Shown here one piece after another: positions 44,866 to 55,017 of a DNA stretch of 64,000 nt. This DNA comes from a virus (Duplodnaviria > Heunggongvirae > Uroviricota > Caudoviricetes). A program made the position numbers and the translations under genes. Every line of letters begins with the position of its first letter. Within the stretch, counting starts at the first letter, position 1. The notes beneath the pieces are model-generated. The model saw nothing but the letters and a program-made list of their open reading frames with translations. It was not told where the DNA came from and did not search any database. The stretch lies in IMG/VR virus record IMGVR_UViG_3300042549_006728; one strand, written 5' to 3'.

Positions 44866-46281
44866 TTATACAGTTATTACACTATATCTTTTATCATTAA
44901 CAGTATCCATCATTATGGATTCTGGTGTCATATTTTTACCCCCTAATAGAGACTTTAGTATTGATGGACTAAATCCCGAAACTAATGCAGTTCCGTTTTT
45001 ATCAAACTCAACTGGAAAGTTACCACCACTAGAATTTAAATTCCAATATACTACATTAGGCATTTTATATCCTGCCTCTTTATACATTTCCTCAATCATC
45101 GATTGTGCACCCAAACTATTTCTTCTAGTTGCCTGATTGAATTGCATATCAGATAAAATTAATATCTTAGTCGGCATAAATTCCTCACTAATATTATTGT
45201 TTTTTGCCTGAGTTAGAATTAAGTTAAATACTTTTTCTAAATTAGTACTCATACCCCAATCTGAACTTATTAATTGTGATAGTCTTTGTTCTAAACTACC
45301 TTTTAAATACTGTAATTCAGGACTTTCGGAAAATGTAATAAATGCATCTTTGAAGTTACCTTCACTTCTTTCAGAAATATACATACCTAATGATACTGCA
45401 ATATCCATACAAGTTAGGTTTGGGTTACCTCCCGCTGGACATTCCATAGACCCTGAAACGTCAACAACTGGTAAAATTCTTTCTTCAGATCCCTCCATCC
45501 AATTAGGTAGTGACTCCCACTGTTTACTATTTACTACTTCATCACCACCCATCTTCATAGATTTTATAATGTCGTATGGGTAAACCGCACCTGCATTAAC
45601 TTTTGCAGTTCCTTCAATTAGAGAATTTTTATACTCCTCATATCTTTCAATATCATTTCTTTTAAATGATTTTTGGTATCTTGATGATGCCAATGAAGGA
45701 ATTTTTGAGTAGTCGATTGATTCCCAATCTTTTGAACACATCTTAGTTTCTACAACATTAGTTAAATCAACTAACATTTTTCTATATTGTTTAGGAGTAG
45801 TTTTAAATAATCTTCTAAGTTTATTTGCCACTTCACCTTTTCTAGGCATCCATTTTGCACAAAGTCCATCACCGTTAGTTAATGCGGTTTTGATAATTTC
45901 AAACATTTCATCCTCTAATTCGGTACCCATAAGGACTAATATATCATCCCATCTACCAAACTCTGAAATAAAATTTATATTTTTTCTAAGTGTTATAGGT
46001 GAGTTGACAGATAGATACTCAATAACGTCTCTAAATACTTTTCTTTCACCCGCACCACTTCTAATATCTCTAACCCAAAAAAGTATTTTTGTTGCCACTA
46101 AAGGATTTTCTAAAAAGGCTTGATTAAAAAGTTTATTAACCAATTCTTTAGATTTTCCTCTCATCGCCCCAATAGCGAAAAATAAATCCACACACTTATT
46201 AAGTGTCGTAGGATTGGTAACCATACCATTATCGGTTAATGTTACATTTTGTTCTTCCGTATTAGTTAACTGAGTGTCCAT
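44866..46281 (-). CDS. rsr: Ro60/Rsr orthologue (TROVE domain plus von Willebrand A domain)
   Basis: LFFAIGAMRGKS aligns with LFALAIYTQRRDGM; YPYDIIKSM with HPFHILIAL; ERILPVVDVSGSM with KRFLLAVDVSASM at the MIDAS site. The C-terminal vWA block order matches human Ro60. Confidence 0.75.
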   Translation of the reverse strand: MDTQLTNTEEQNVTLTDNGMVTNPTTLNKCVDLFFAIGAMRGKSKELVNKLFNQAFLENPLVATKILFWVRDIRSGAGERKVFRDVIEYLSVNSPITLRKNINFISEFGRWDDILVLMGTELEDEMFEIIKTALTNGDGLCAKWMPRKGEVANKLRRLFKTTPKQYRKMLVDLTNVVETKMCSKDWESIDYSKIPSLASSRYQKSFKRNDIERYEEYKNSLIEGTAKVNAGAVYPYDIIKSMKMGGDEVVNSKQWESLPNWMEGSEERILPVVDVSGSMECPAGGNPNLTCMDIAVSLGMYISERSEGNFKDAFITFSESPELQYLKGSLEQRLSQLISSDWGMSTNLEKVFNLILTQAKNNNISEEFMPTKILILSDMQFNQATRRNSLGAQSMIEEMYKEAGYKMPNVVYWNLNSSGGNFPVEFDKNGTALVSGFSPSILKSLLGGKNMTPESIMMDTVNDKRYSVITV

Positions 46282-46321
46282 AATCTTTTTTTATCGTTTG
46301 TGAATGTAAATATATATACTA

Positions 46322-46364
46322 TTTTTTAAAAAGTCAAATATTTTTTTAAAAAAATTTAAATTTT
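46322..46364 (-). promoter_or_regulatory. Sigma-70-like promoter-like element upstream of rsr (TTGACT-N17-TATATA)
   Basis: Minus-strand reading is ATATTTGACTTTTTAAAAAATAGTATATATATTTACA. It shares the AAAAGTCAAATA core with 29790 and 31880. Confidence 0.35.
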
Positions 46365-46991
46365 TTAATTGTCGAACCAAAAAACTATTCTAATATCCTT
46401 AGGATCACCTAATTCCAAAAGAGTGTCTACAACTGTCCTAAAAAAATAAGTTCCTATCCCTATCTGATCTAATTCATTATCTGTCATATTATAATAATGA
46501 CTTTCTATAATTTCATCTAAGTATAAAAAATTATGTGAATGTCCATCCATATCCCATTGATCACTTAAGTTACAAATTTCTTCAGATACATCATCAGGTA
46601 AACCTCTATCCATATCAGCTATCAAATCCATAGAACTATCTCTAACACCTGCTAACGCACCAAACAAACTATAATTTCTACCATTATACGGTTGATCGGT
46701 TCTGGGATCAGATAATTTACCGTATACATGTATTTCTTTTGAGTCATCAGAAAATAAATCTACTAAAAATTTATTAAAAACAAATTCTTCTATTTTATTA
46801 GAAGGTTGACCACCTTTAAAATATTTTTTTATCATACGATTAGATTCTTCCTTAGTCAAACCTAAATTATGTTCCATATACTCTTCAGCTTTCTCTAAAC
46901 TGTAGTCATAGAAAAATTCATTACCGACCTTTTCCCATTTATTAGTTTTAGTATTTCTTTTTTCTGCAAACATATGTACATCACAACCCAT
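46365..46991 (-). CDS. Hypothetical protein
   Basis: ORF preceded by a TATATTTGTAAAAAAAAATATT motif. Confidence 0.5.
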   Translation of the reverse strand: MGCDVHMFAEKRNTKTNKWEKVGNEFFYDYSLEKAEEYMEHNLGLTKEESNRMIKKYFKGGQPSNKIEEFVFNKFLVDLFSDDSKEIHVYGKLSDPRTDQPYNGRNYSLFGALAGVRDSSMDLIADMDRGLPDDVSEEICNLSDQWDMDGHSHNFLYLDEIIESHYYNMTDNELDQIGIGTYFFRTVVDTLLELGDPKDIRIVFWFDN

Positions 46992-47037
46992 AATATTTTT
47001 TTTTACAAATATAATAAAAATTTTATTATAAACAAAT

Positions 47038-48048
47038 TTATTTATATAATTCTTTCAGATAATCCATATTCTTTTTAAGAACATTTTTACCCATAAATTT
47101 TTCAGTAAACTTTTCGTGTCTATTATATAACATAATACCGTTATAATCTGGAGATTCACCTGAAAATATATCTATATACCTATATTTAGGATTCGATGTA
47201 CTTTGTTTAGCGACATACGCTCTTCTTTTAACTTGAACTAAATAAATTTCACCTTCTTTTTCCATAATAAGATCGATACCATATATCATATCAATAAAAT
47301 TACCATTACAACCTTCATAGAGTAAAACGTACCCATCTTCTTGTAAAAGTTCTTTAGTTAAGTTTTCCACATAATCACCTATCTTAGTATTATTTTTAGT
47401 GTTGTATGTGAAATCTTCATATTCGTCTAAAGTAAAATATTTTTCCAATAATTTAGTTAAGGTTTTACCTTTTATAGTTAATAAGAAATTTTTGATTTCA
47501 GTACTATTCATTTTAGATAATTTTTCTATTTGACCACCCTTAATGAACAATGTAGTTAAAAGTTCTGCTAAATCACTATAATTTGTATTTAATTTATTAA
47601 CATAACTCCAATCACCATTTTGATCTTTAACTAAACAACAATTATTTAATTTCTGTGTGTAATATGTTCCATCAGATTTTTTTATGATATCTCCAATTAT
47701 ACCAGTCCTATGTAAATATTCTAATGGTTTCTGGTACATACCATTTAAATTTTCACATTCGAATGCATCTCTCAAAACTGTATAGATATTATCTTTCATA
47801 TCTAGTCCATCCTTATCACATACCCAACTACTCAGTTTTTTTATATTGTCACAAACTAATTTTTCATTACCATAAAATCTTTCACAACAATAGTATTCTA
47901 TCATTCTATTTTCAATGATAATATCAGCTTCCTTACGTTCCTTGTCCTCAAATTCAACACTTGGGTGACTCAATCCATTATCAAATGTTTCTTTATCATC
48001 ATTTAAAAGGTAATCCATAAAATCTTTGTGGGTACTATTTTCTTCCAT
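47038..48048 (-). CDS. Hypothetical protein
   Basis: 336-aa ORF. Confidence 0.5.
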   Translation of the reverse strand: MEENSTHKDFMDYLLNDDKETFDNGLSHPSVEFEDKERKEADIIIENRMIEYYCCERFYGNEKLVCDNIKKLSSWVCDKDGLDMKDNIYTVLRDAFECENLNGMYQKPLEYLHRTGIIGDIIKKSDGTYYTQKLNNCCLVKDQNGDWSYVNKLNTNYSDLAELLTTLFIKGGQIEKLSKMNSTEIKNFLLTIKGKTLTKLLEKYFTLDEYEDFTYNTKNNTKIGDYVENLTKELLQEDGYVLLYEGCNGNFIDMIYGIDLIMEKEGEIYLVQVKRRAYVAKQSTSNPKYRYIDIFSGESPDYNGIMLYNRHEKFTEKFMGKNVLKKNMDYLKELYK

Positions 48049-48100
48049 ATTATATTTTTTTATATGTATAATGATATGGAATTTTTAAGTAATTGTCAAA

Positions 48101-48322
48101 TTACTTGATTTCGAAAACAAATGTGATTCCTGCTATGTTAATTTCTATCACATTATTGTGGATGAAGTTGGTGAGGTTATTATTTGTATTATAAAATAAT
48201 TCCTCATCTAACTTTTTATGTATTTCCGCATCTAACTTATATTGGATTGTTAATCCTTCCGTTGGAATTGACTCATTTTCCACACATTCATTTGCTATTT
48301 GTAAAACTTTGTCTAAATTCAT
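48101..48322 (-). CDS. Hypothetical small protein
   Basis: ORF only. Confidence 0.4.
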   Translation of the reverse strand: MNLDKVLQIANECVENESIPTEGLTIQYKLDAEIHKKLDEELFYNTNNNLTNFIHNNVIEINIAGITFVFEIK

Positions 48323-48323
48323 A

Positions 48324-48515
48324 TTAAAATATTTTCAAAAACTTTTCCCAAGTTCGTTTAAAAAACGACTTTTTTATTTTTTTTACTTTACCACCATTAA
48401 ATTTAATGTGGTTACCTAATCCATTTTTTATTTCTTTGATAAAGTTTTCTTTTTTGAGTTCTGTCTTTAAGTTGTCCAACCTAATGTCAGATTCCACCTT
48501 TTTTAATTCGTTCAT
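48324..48515 (-). CDS. Hypothetical small basic protein
   Basis: ORF only. Confidence 0.4.
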   Translation of the reverse strand: MNELKKVESDIRLDNLKTELKKENFIKEIKNGLGNHIKFNGGKVKKIKKSFFKRTWEKFLKIF

Positions 48516-48527
48516 ATTTAATAATAG

Positions 48528-48929
48528 TTAAAATATTCTAACAAGTGAAGAAAATAAGGTAGGAAATAATGGTTTTGGTAAATCATTTATATCAAACCAA
48601 CCCCAATCTTGATTTTCTTCGTTTAAATCGCAATCATATTCTTGATCACAAAACCCAATAAAAAAATGATAAGGGTACCCCATTTCCCATTGAGTTTCGA
48701 ATAATATATATTTAATATTATCAGATTTTATATTAGTCTCTTCGTATAACTCTCTTTTAACCCCATCTAATTCTGTTTCACCATTTTCTATTTTACCACC
48801 AAATAAACTCCAAGTATTAGGAAAACTTCCATTTTTTCTTCTTTGCCCTAATAAAAATCTATTTGTTGTGGTACATATTAATAAAACTCCACCATATATT
48901 TTTCTTTTCATTATAAACTTTCTTGCCAA
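48528..48929 (-). CDS. Nudix hydrolase
   Basis: Nudix box GGKIENGETELDGVKRELYEETNI. Confidence 0.75.
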   Translation of the reverse strand: MARKFIMKRKIYGGVLLICTTTNRFLLGQRRKNGSFPNTWSLFGGKIENGETELDGVKRELYEETNIKSDNIKYILFETQWEMGYPYHFFIGFCDQEYDCDLNEENQDWGWFDINDLPKPLFPTLFSSLVRIF

Positions 48930-51166
48930 TAATAATATTTATCCATTGCGGTTGCAGGTCTTATTGTACCCCACCCATAAACTTCATTATAGGGTGATCC
49001 ACCACCACACCTAGGTTTCAAATTTTTAGGTTTAGTAACTCTTTCCTCAAAGTGTAAATGAGCACCATGAGATTTACCAGTATTACCCATTAACCCTATC
49101 GGATCACCTACTTTTATTTCCTGCCCATTTTTTACATATATCTTAGCTAAATGACCATATGCGGAATATATTCCCCCACCATGATTTATAGATACGAAAT
49201 TACCGTAACCACCACAAACAGATGCGTAATCCACAACACCTGATTTATTACAAACTATAACATTTTTACCATAACCATATGGTCCAACAACATCATAACC
49301 GTGATGTGGTTTTCCCCACCTATTTGCAGTTGGTAATGAAGTCTTTTTACCTGATGAGGCACTCGCAACTTTTTTACCTAATACAGGTTTTGGTAGAGTT
49401 TTTTTATCAGGTTCAGTTTTTTTATCAGGTTCAGTTTTTTTACTATTACCACTTTTTATTTCTCCCGTTTCCATATCGATGAACGAACTTAATTTCTGTA
49501 GTATCGGTTTATCTGGCAATCCAACATGTACATGATGGTATGTACCACTATCCCATCTTGATATTTCCCCAATCGGTGTCCCTAAATCAACTTTTTGTCC
49601 TTTAGATATTTTTAAATTCTGTAAATGCGTATAAAATATATCAGGATACCCATTTTCACCTGTAACAGTTACTTGTGCACCATAAACTTTACCATCATGA
49701 TCGTTTTGGTTTCCACCTATTTTACTAACAGTACCCTTTGTTATCGAATAAACAACACTTCCAGGTTTTCCAGGTATATCCGTAGCGTTATCCGATTGCC
49801 AATTACCTAATTTTCTACTACCATGATTTGCAGGACCATTTTTATCAATTTTTACACTTTTACCTATAATATATTTACCACTTCCAACAAATTCATCGTC
49901 TTCTGTTTGTGCGTCATAACCTGGTTTACCCTCTCTAACCCATTCTTTACCTTTATGTTTAAACGCAATTTCAACATAATCGTTTAATGATCCTGTTTTA
50001 TCTAAACCTGTATTTTTATCACAATCAGATAACATTCTATTAACATAATTTAATCTATAACTATCCTGATTAACCCAATTTCTAAATGCGTTACCATCTG
50101 CAGTACTTTTTATGTGTTGATTATACAATTTTCGTTCATCCACAGTTAATGTACAATTATCATCTTCTATTGAACCCCCTCCATATTTTTCAATATGTTT
50201 AGGGTTAAGTGTACCATTATATTTAAGGATTTCTATTACCAGACCACCCGTACCCCAAGTTTTTAATTCACCAACTTCAGAAGCAATTGACATTGCAGTT
50301 ATATCATTATTTTTTAATTTTGATACCACATTATTATATCTCCCATTAGTCAAAGTTTTAACAGTAGCATTTAATCCTGAATTATATGTCTTATAATTTC
50401 TTACACCTGGACTAGATCCTGAAGGACATGTTCTACAACCTGTAGGTGTATAACCAACACCATTTTTTAAACAATTATAATAACAACCTTCATTTGCCTG
50501 ATCTCTATATGTTGTAGCAAATGGATTATACGTTGATTCTGATGATTCTCCACTTCTCCATGCAAAGAAGAACATCATTTTTTCACATGTGACTTTTGTT
50601 CCAATAGATTTTAATATATCTTGATAAAATTTAATATCCATAGATGGTGGTAAAATAACTTTTCGTCTATTACCTTTATTATTTTTACCAAAATTACACG
50701 CCTCTAATGTTTTAAACACTTCTTCTTCTGAATCATCTATTACCGCCACATCACTGTTATCCTCAACTTCTGCTACGTCACTATTTTCATTATCTACTAC
50801 TGCGATATCACCACTAACAAAATCACTGTCAATACCACTATCGAATCCAAAAACATTAGGTAATACTTTATCCCTAGGGTTAATTTTAAAATCTACATAA
50901 TCCTCTATGATTTTTTCTATCTGTTTCCTTTCCTCAGATGAATATTTAGTGGAATCTAAATAAACTACCCCATGTTCAATTTTATCGACATAAACATCTT
51001 TTGTGATTTTATTCATTGCGAAATAACCTGTTAAATGGGTTAGAGTGTCTAAAATATCATGACTAACATCTTTTTCATCTTCAGGATTATTAAATATAAA
51101 AAATTGTTCATTTAATAATTTAACTAATTTACTATATTGACTTTCTGTGACTAAAATTCTTTTCAT
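48911..51166 (-). CDS. Large virion-associated peptidoglycan hydrolase with two M23/LytM peptidase domains and the N-terminal motif (MKRILVTESQYSKL)
   Basis: C-terminal HGYDVV...GKSHGAHLHFEE, plus an upstream second M23-like block YTHLQNL...GTYHHVHVGL. It also contains a repeated KKTEPDKKT linker. 751 aa. Confidence 0.8.
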   Translation of the reverse strand: MKRILVTESQYSKLVKLLNEQFFIFNNPEDEKDVSHDILDTLTHLTGYFAMNKITKDVYVDKIEHGVVYLDSTKYSSEERKQIEKIIEDYVDFKINPRDKVLPNVFGFDSGIDSDFVSGDIAVVDNENSDVAEVEDNSDVAVIDDSEEEVFKTLEACNFGKNNKGNRRKVILPPSMDIKFYQDILKSIGTKVTCEKMMFFFAWRSGESSESTYNPFATTYRDQANEGCYYNCLKNGVGYTPTGCRTCPSGSSPGVRNYKTYNSGLNATVKTLTNGRYNNVVSKLKNNDITAMSIASEVGELKTWGTGGLVIEILKYNGTLNPKHIEKYGGGSIEDDNCTLTVDERKLYNQHIKSTADGNAFRNWVNQDSYRLNYVNRMLSDCDKNTGLDKTGSLNDYVEIAFKHKGKEWVREGKPGYDAQTEDDEFVGSGKYIIGKSVKIDKNGPANHGSRKLGNWQSDNATDIPGKPGSVVYSITKGTVSKIGGNQNDHDGKVYGAQVTVTGENGYPDIFYTHLQNLKISKGQKVDLGTPIGEISRWDSGTYHHVHVGLPDKPILQKLSSFIDMETGEIKSGNSKKTEPDKKTEPDKKTLPKPVLGKKVASASSGKKTSLPTANRWGKPHHGYDVVGPYGYGKNVIVCNKSGVVDYASVCGGYGNFVSINHGGGIYSAYGHLAKIYVKNGQEIKVGDPIGLMGNTGKSHGAHLHFEERVTKPKNLKPRCGGGSPYNEVYGWGTIRPATAMDKYYYWQESL

Positions 51167-52074
51167 ATTACTGTTATTAATCTTAATAATTTTCTTTTAA
51201 ATGATTCACCTAAAATATTAAATTTTCTTTCTAAATCAATTAAGAATCTATCGGTTGATTTTATCTTTGGTAAATTACCTTCTGTATAATAGAAACACAT
51301 TATTATTTTGTAAAGTTCACTTTTTCTATCATCTGTGAGATTAGTTATCTCTTTTAAATATTCATCTGATTTAAAATTTATCATAGTTTCTGCAAATATA
51401 TACATTGGTAACCCCTTTAAGATGTCAATAAAATCATTGTAGTCTTTAGGTTCCGCTTTTGATATCATACTTCCAGCTTGTTGTATAAATGCATTTATTT
51501 CAAATGATTGCGAAATATATAACATATATGCGATCCTATCAACTGCGTCCCCATTAATATCTCCATTTTTGTAGACTTCTTCACACCCTTTAATTTCTTT
51601 TGGTGTTTCTAAATTCCTATTTACCCATTCATATACATGCATAAACTCATGTGATAAAAAAGATGAAAAATAATAATGTAGTGTACCATAATCAATCTCA
51701 TCTCTATTTTTAGGTAATTTCATTATAACGTCAAATTCAACATCTAAAATATTATACGTATCATCATCATTTTCTATTATTTGAGTATAGAAAGGATTAT
51801 ACCCCATACTAACATCTGCAAAATCGTCATCTATATCATCAATAATCACTGTCATTATTATACTATCAATTGGTACATCTTTATAAAAATCTTTCCCCTT
51901 AAGTTTTAATGATAATTTTTTTAATGTGTAGACATCCTCTTCCACATCTTGTTTCATAATAGTGGGTAGTAATTCGTCAGTTACATAATCCGCCCAATTT
52001 TCAACAGTTTTAGAATAACCTCTATTTTCTTTGAGTATTTTTTTATATTGACTTCTATTTACAATTACCTTCAT
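51163..52074 (-). CDS. Putative zinc metalloprotease (HExxH) with the N-terminal motif (MKVIVNRSQYKKIL)
   Basis: HEFMH motif, followed by a downstream E. Confidence 0.5.
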   Translation of the reverse strand: MKVIVNRSQYKKILKENRGYSKTVENWADYVTDELLPTIMKQDVEEDVYTLKKLSLKLKGKDFYKDVPIDSIIMTVIIDDIDDDFADVSMGYNPFYTQIIENDDDTYNILDVEFDVIMKLPKNRDEIDYGTLHYYFSSFLSHEFMHVYEWVNRNLETPKEIKGCEEVYKNGDINGDAVDRIAYMLYISQSFEINAFIQQAGSMISKAEPKDYNDFIDILKGLPMYIFAETMINFKSDEYLKEITNLTDDRKSELYKIIMCFYYTEGNLPKIKSTDRFLIDLERKFNILGESFKRKLLRLITVI

Positions 52075-52128
52075 ATTTAGTATACTTTATAAATAAATAT
52101 CAATTTTTTTAATAAAAAAGTAAGCATT

Positions 52129-52449
52129 ATGGAATTATTATTATTAATTTTAGTTAGTTACGGGATTTCTAACATCATTGTATACGGTACAATATTCGAA
52201 AGTTTAAGAGAGACTGCCGAAGTATATAACCCTAGTTTTTTTGGTAAACTCTTAGGTTGTATGATGTGTACCCCTTGGTGGGTTGGATTTTTCTTATCTT
52301 TAGGTTCGCAATTAAGTGGATTCACCCAATTTTCACCATTCTACCATTATGGTTTAGAATTTGCACCAGTATCGATTTTCTTAGATGCCTGTTTAATATC
52401 AGGAACTTCTTGGTTAATCCATACTATTCAGGAAAAATTAGAGGTATAA
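52129..52449 (+). CDS. Membrane protein (plus strand)
   Basis: ORF followed by the terminator at 52446-52480. Confidence 0.45.
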   Translation: MELLLLILVSYGISNIIVYGTIFESLRETAEVYNPSFFGKLLGCMMCTPWWVGFFLSLGSQLSGFTQFSPFYHYGLEFAPVSIFLDACLISGTSWLIHTIQEKLEV

Positions 52450-52480
52450 AAAAAGAGGGTTTTAAACCCTCTTTTTTTTA
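52446..52480. terminator. Bidirectional factor-independent terminator
   Basis: aagagggttt-t-aaaccctctt followed by ttttttatt. Confidence 0.65.
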
Positions 52481-52924
52481 TTCTTCAATTAAGACATTTT
52501 CTTTTGTAGGTGGTAGTTCAACACCATTATGTATTTTTGGTGTATTACTAATATCTTTTAAAGTTGGTTCATCAACTGTTTCCATAACAAACCTTAGTTT
52601 TTCTAATTCGTGTAAGGGTTTTTCACTAAATAAAAATTTAAGTTCTTCTATCTTAGCCTTTAGTAATGTCAATTTATTTTCTTTTTCAATATTGAAATCT
52701 ATTACAAATTGTACATGTTCTATAACTCTATCAATAGTCCCACTATTTTCTTGTGAGAAAACCATAAAATAATTTTTATTATTGTTACTTGGTTTATAAG
52801 AAACAGTATCGGACTCAAACATATCCCATCCATCTAATAAAACGACATCTACAACAGGTAGATCTTTTACAAATCTAATACCTGTCACATAAGGTCTCAT
52901 CTCATTTAATTTTTCGTGAAACAT
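52478..52924 (-). CDS. Hypothetical protein
   Basis: ORF only. Confidence 0.5.
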   Translation of the reverse strand: MFHEKLNEMRPYVTGIRFVKDLPVVDVVLLDGWDMFESDTVSYKPSNNNKNYFMVFSQENSGTIDRVIEHVQFVIDFNIEKENKLTLLKAKIEELKFLFSEKPLHELEKLRFVMETVDEPTLKDISNTPKIHNGVELPPTKENVLIEE

Positions 52925-53119
52925 TTATAAGTTTATTAATACTGTTATTATTGTCGTAATAAAATAAGAAATAGATATACCTAAAACTAAAAGGGGTAAC
53001 TTTTCCATTATAAACCTTTCTTCGGTTCTTACATTACGCATCAAAAAGAATGTATTTCTTACTATATTTAATGTAGATAGTACGAATAAAAATAAATATA
53101 TGTTATTAAGTATATCCAT
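52925..53119 (-). CDS. Small membrane protein
   Basis: ORF only. Confidence 0.4.
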   Translation of the reverse strand: MDILNNIYLFLFVLSTLNIVRNTFFLMRNVRTEERFIMEKLPLLVLGISISYFITTIITVLINL

Positions 53120-53125
53120 ATCTAA

Positions 53126-53308
53126 TTAATCGTTAGCTTCAGTTTTTTTACTGGATACATCAACTCTGATGTCTTGACAAAGATTTTTAATGTCTTGACA
53201 AGTTTTTCTTACTCTAGTTCCTGCCGCCTTATTTTTTTTGTCATAAAATTTAGTTACGTCCTCATTAAGTTCAGAAACTAATTTAGTTAATTGTTCATAC
53301 AATTCCAT
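53126..53308 (-). CDS. Hypothetical small protein
   Basis: ORF only. Confidence 0.4.
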   Translation of the reverse strand: MELYEQLTKLVSELNEDVTKFYDKKNKAAGTRVRKTCQDIKNLCQDIRVDVSSKKTEAND

Positions 53309-53319
53309 TTTAATTTATT

Positions 53320-53562
53320 TTAAACATTGTTATTATTTTCAGTTTTATCATCCAAATTAGCCAAAGTACCTAAATAATCACTTAACATCTGTATTTTATT
53401 ATTTGTTACTGTGATAAATGATAATACAGAATCAAACTCGTTCTTTTTTGAAAGAAAATTTTCTTCTTTATTAAGAATTCTATTTAATTCTAGTTCGTAA
53501 GTGTCTCTTTGGGATACTAAGTCAGATAAAACTATTTCCAAAAATTTTATTTTTGTATTCAT
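53320..53562 (-). CDS. Hypothetical small protein
   Basis: ORF only. Confidence 0.4.
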   Translation of the reverse strand: MNTKIKFLEIVLSDLVSQRDTYELELNRILNKEENFLSKKNEFDSVLSFITVTNNKIQMLSDYLGTLANLDDKTENNNNV

Positions 53563-53602
53563 ATATATACCAATATAGTTAAAAGAAGATTAAAAATCAA
53601 TA

Positions 53603-54070
53603 CTAAATCACATTTTTTAATTTTTTATTCAAACTTTTTTCAAATAATTTATACAATTCAATCATTATATCCATATCAGATCTTGATTTTAGTCTATAAT
53701 AGTTAAAAGATAAGTTAGGTAAGTTATCTATCTTTTCTAGATTTTTATCTTTGTCTTTATAAAATAATTCATCGTAAAAGAAAAAAAAGTAATTTTTTAA
53801 ATCATCAGTATCATTAAAAACTATTTTTTCTTTTTTAAAATTATCCATTACTTTTTTGAAACACCAGTTGTAATGTTCTATCTTTTGGGTATCGTTACCG
53901 ATATATTCGTCACCCATATATGTGTCGGAAATTAATTTATTTAATGTTTTAATGACATCATAATATAAATTACATTTTTCATATTTAACATCATTCGCCT
54001 TATACAATAGATTCATTTGTTCGTATGTTAACGGATCTATCATATAACTCATAAATTCAGAACTATTCAT
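53603..54070 (-). CDS. Hypothetical protein
   Basis: ORF only. Confidence 0.5.
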   Translation of the reverse strand: MNSSEFMSYMIDPLTYEQMNLLYKANDVKYEKCNLYYDVIKTLNKLISDTYMGDEYIGNDTQKIEHYNWCFKKVMDNFKKEKIVFNDTDDLKNYFFFFYDELFYKDKDKNLEKIDNLPNLSFNYYRLKSRSDMDIMIELYKLFEKSLNKKLKNVI

Positions 54071-54159
54071 AAGATAAATATAATATAATTTATAGAATTA
54101 TAAAGATAATAACATATCAATTAATTATTGTTGGGGAAACGTATCTTTTTTTTATTTTG

Positions 54160-54912
54160 TTATTTATTTTGAACCCATTTCATATATTCTTCTATTACCC
54201 ACATATCTTCTAAAACAGTGTCTTGTATACTATTGAACAGTTGAGAGAAGTGTTTATTTAAACTTTCGTTGGATAAATTTTTAAACGTAGGAATGTTCAT
54301 ATATCCACTATCTATTATTTCTTCATATTCACCTCTTTTCAATATTTGTTTGGCATTAAATTCAGCTAAATCATCATCATGTGTAATAAAATCCCAACCT
54401 ATACCTTTTCCTGTATCATTAAAAACACCACAATAAAAAATTACATGTGGTAAAGTATTCGATTCAAAATACCCTATTATTGAGTAGGATTCTTCCGCAA
54501 GTGACTCACTTAAATCCATCATTAACCCTACTTTAAATTCTCCATCACCAACTTTAAATAATATTTTACCATTAAAATTATCATTAAAATATTTTAATAA
54601 TAATGCTGATAACATATCTTTATCGTTAATGTCTAAAGTACCGTATTCAATATTTGATACGTCATCTTTAAATAATATATCTTTATATTTTATAAAAAAT
54701 TTATATAGTGAGTATATCTTATCTAAATCATTTACTCCTGTCATTTCAGAAACTTTAATCATCTTTTCGCCATCACTTAAATCAAATTCCTTTGTAGAAT
54801 ATGTACTCTTATCATCATCTACAATATTAAAAGTTTTAAGGATTGCCTTTTCTTGTTTAGAAATATCTAAATTGTCTATAACGGATTCAGTAATTAATTT
54901 TTTAAACTTCAT
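54160..54912 (-). CDS. Hypothetical protein
   Basis: ORF only. Confidence 0.5.
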   Translation of the reverse strand: MKFKKLITESVIDNLDISKQEKAILKTFNIVDDDKSTYSTKEFDLSDGEKMIKVSEMTGVNDLDKIYSLYKFFIKYKDILFKDDVSNIEYGTLDINDKDMLSALLLKYFNDNFNGKILFKVGDGEFKVGLMMDLSESLAEESYSIIGYFESNTLPHVIFYCGVFNDTGKGIGWDFITHDDDLAEFNAKQILKRGEYEEIIDSGYMNIPTFKNLSNESLNKHFSQLFNSIQDTVLEDMWVIEEYMKWVQNK

Positions 54913-55017
54913 ATTAATAAATATTACTTAAATTAAAAAACCGTCAGACAATAAAGGTTGATTTAAAAAAGTCATTAAAAATTTGGTGGATTCAATTTAA
55001 ATTAGTAATTTAGTTCT

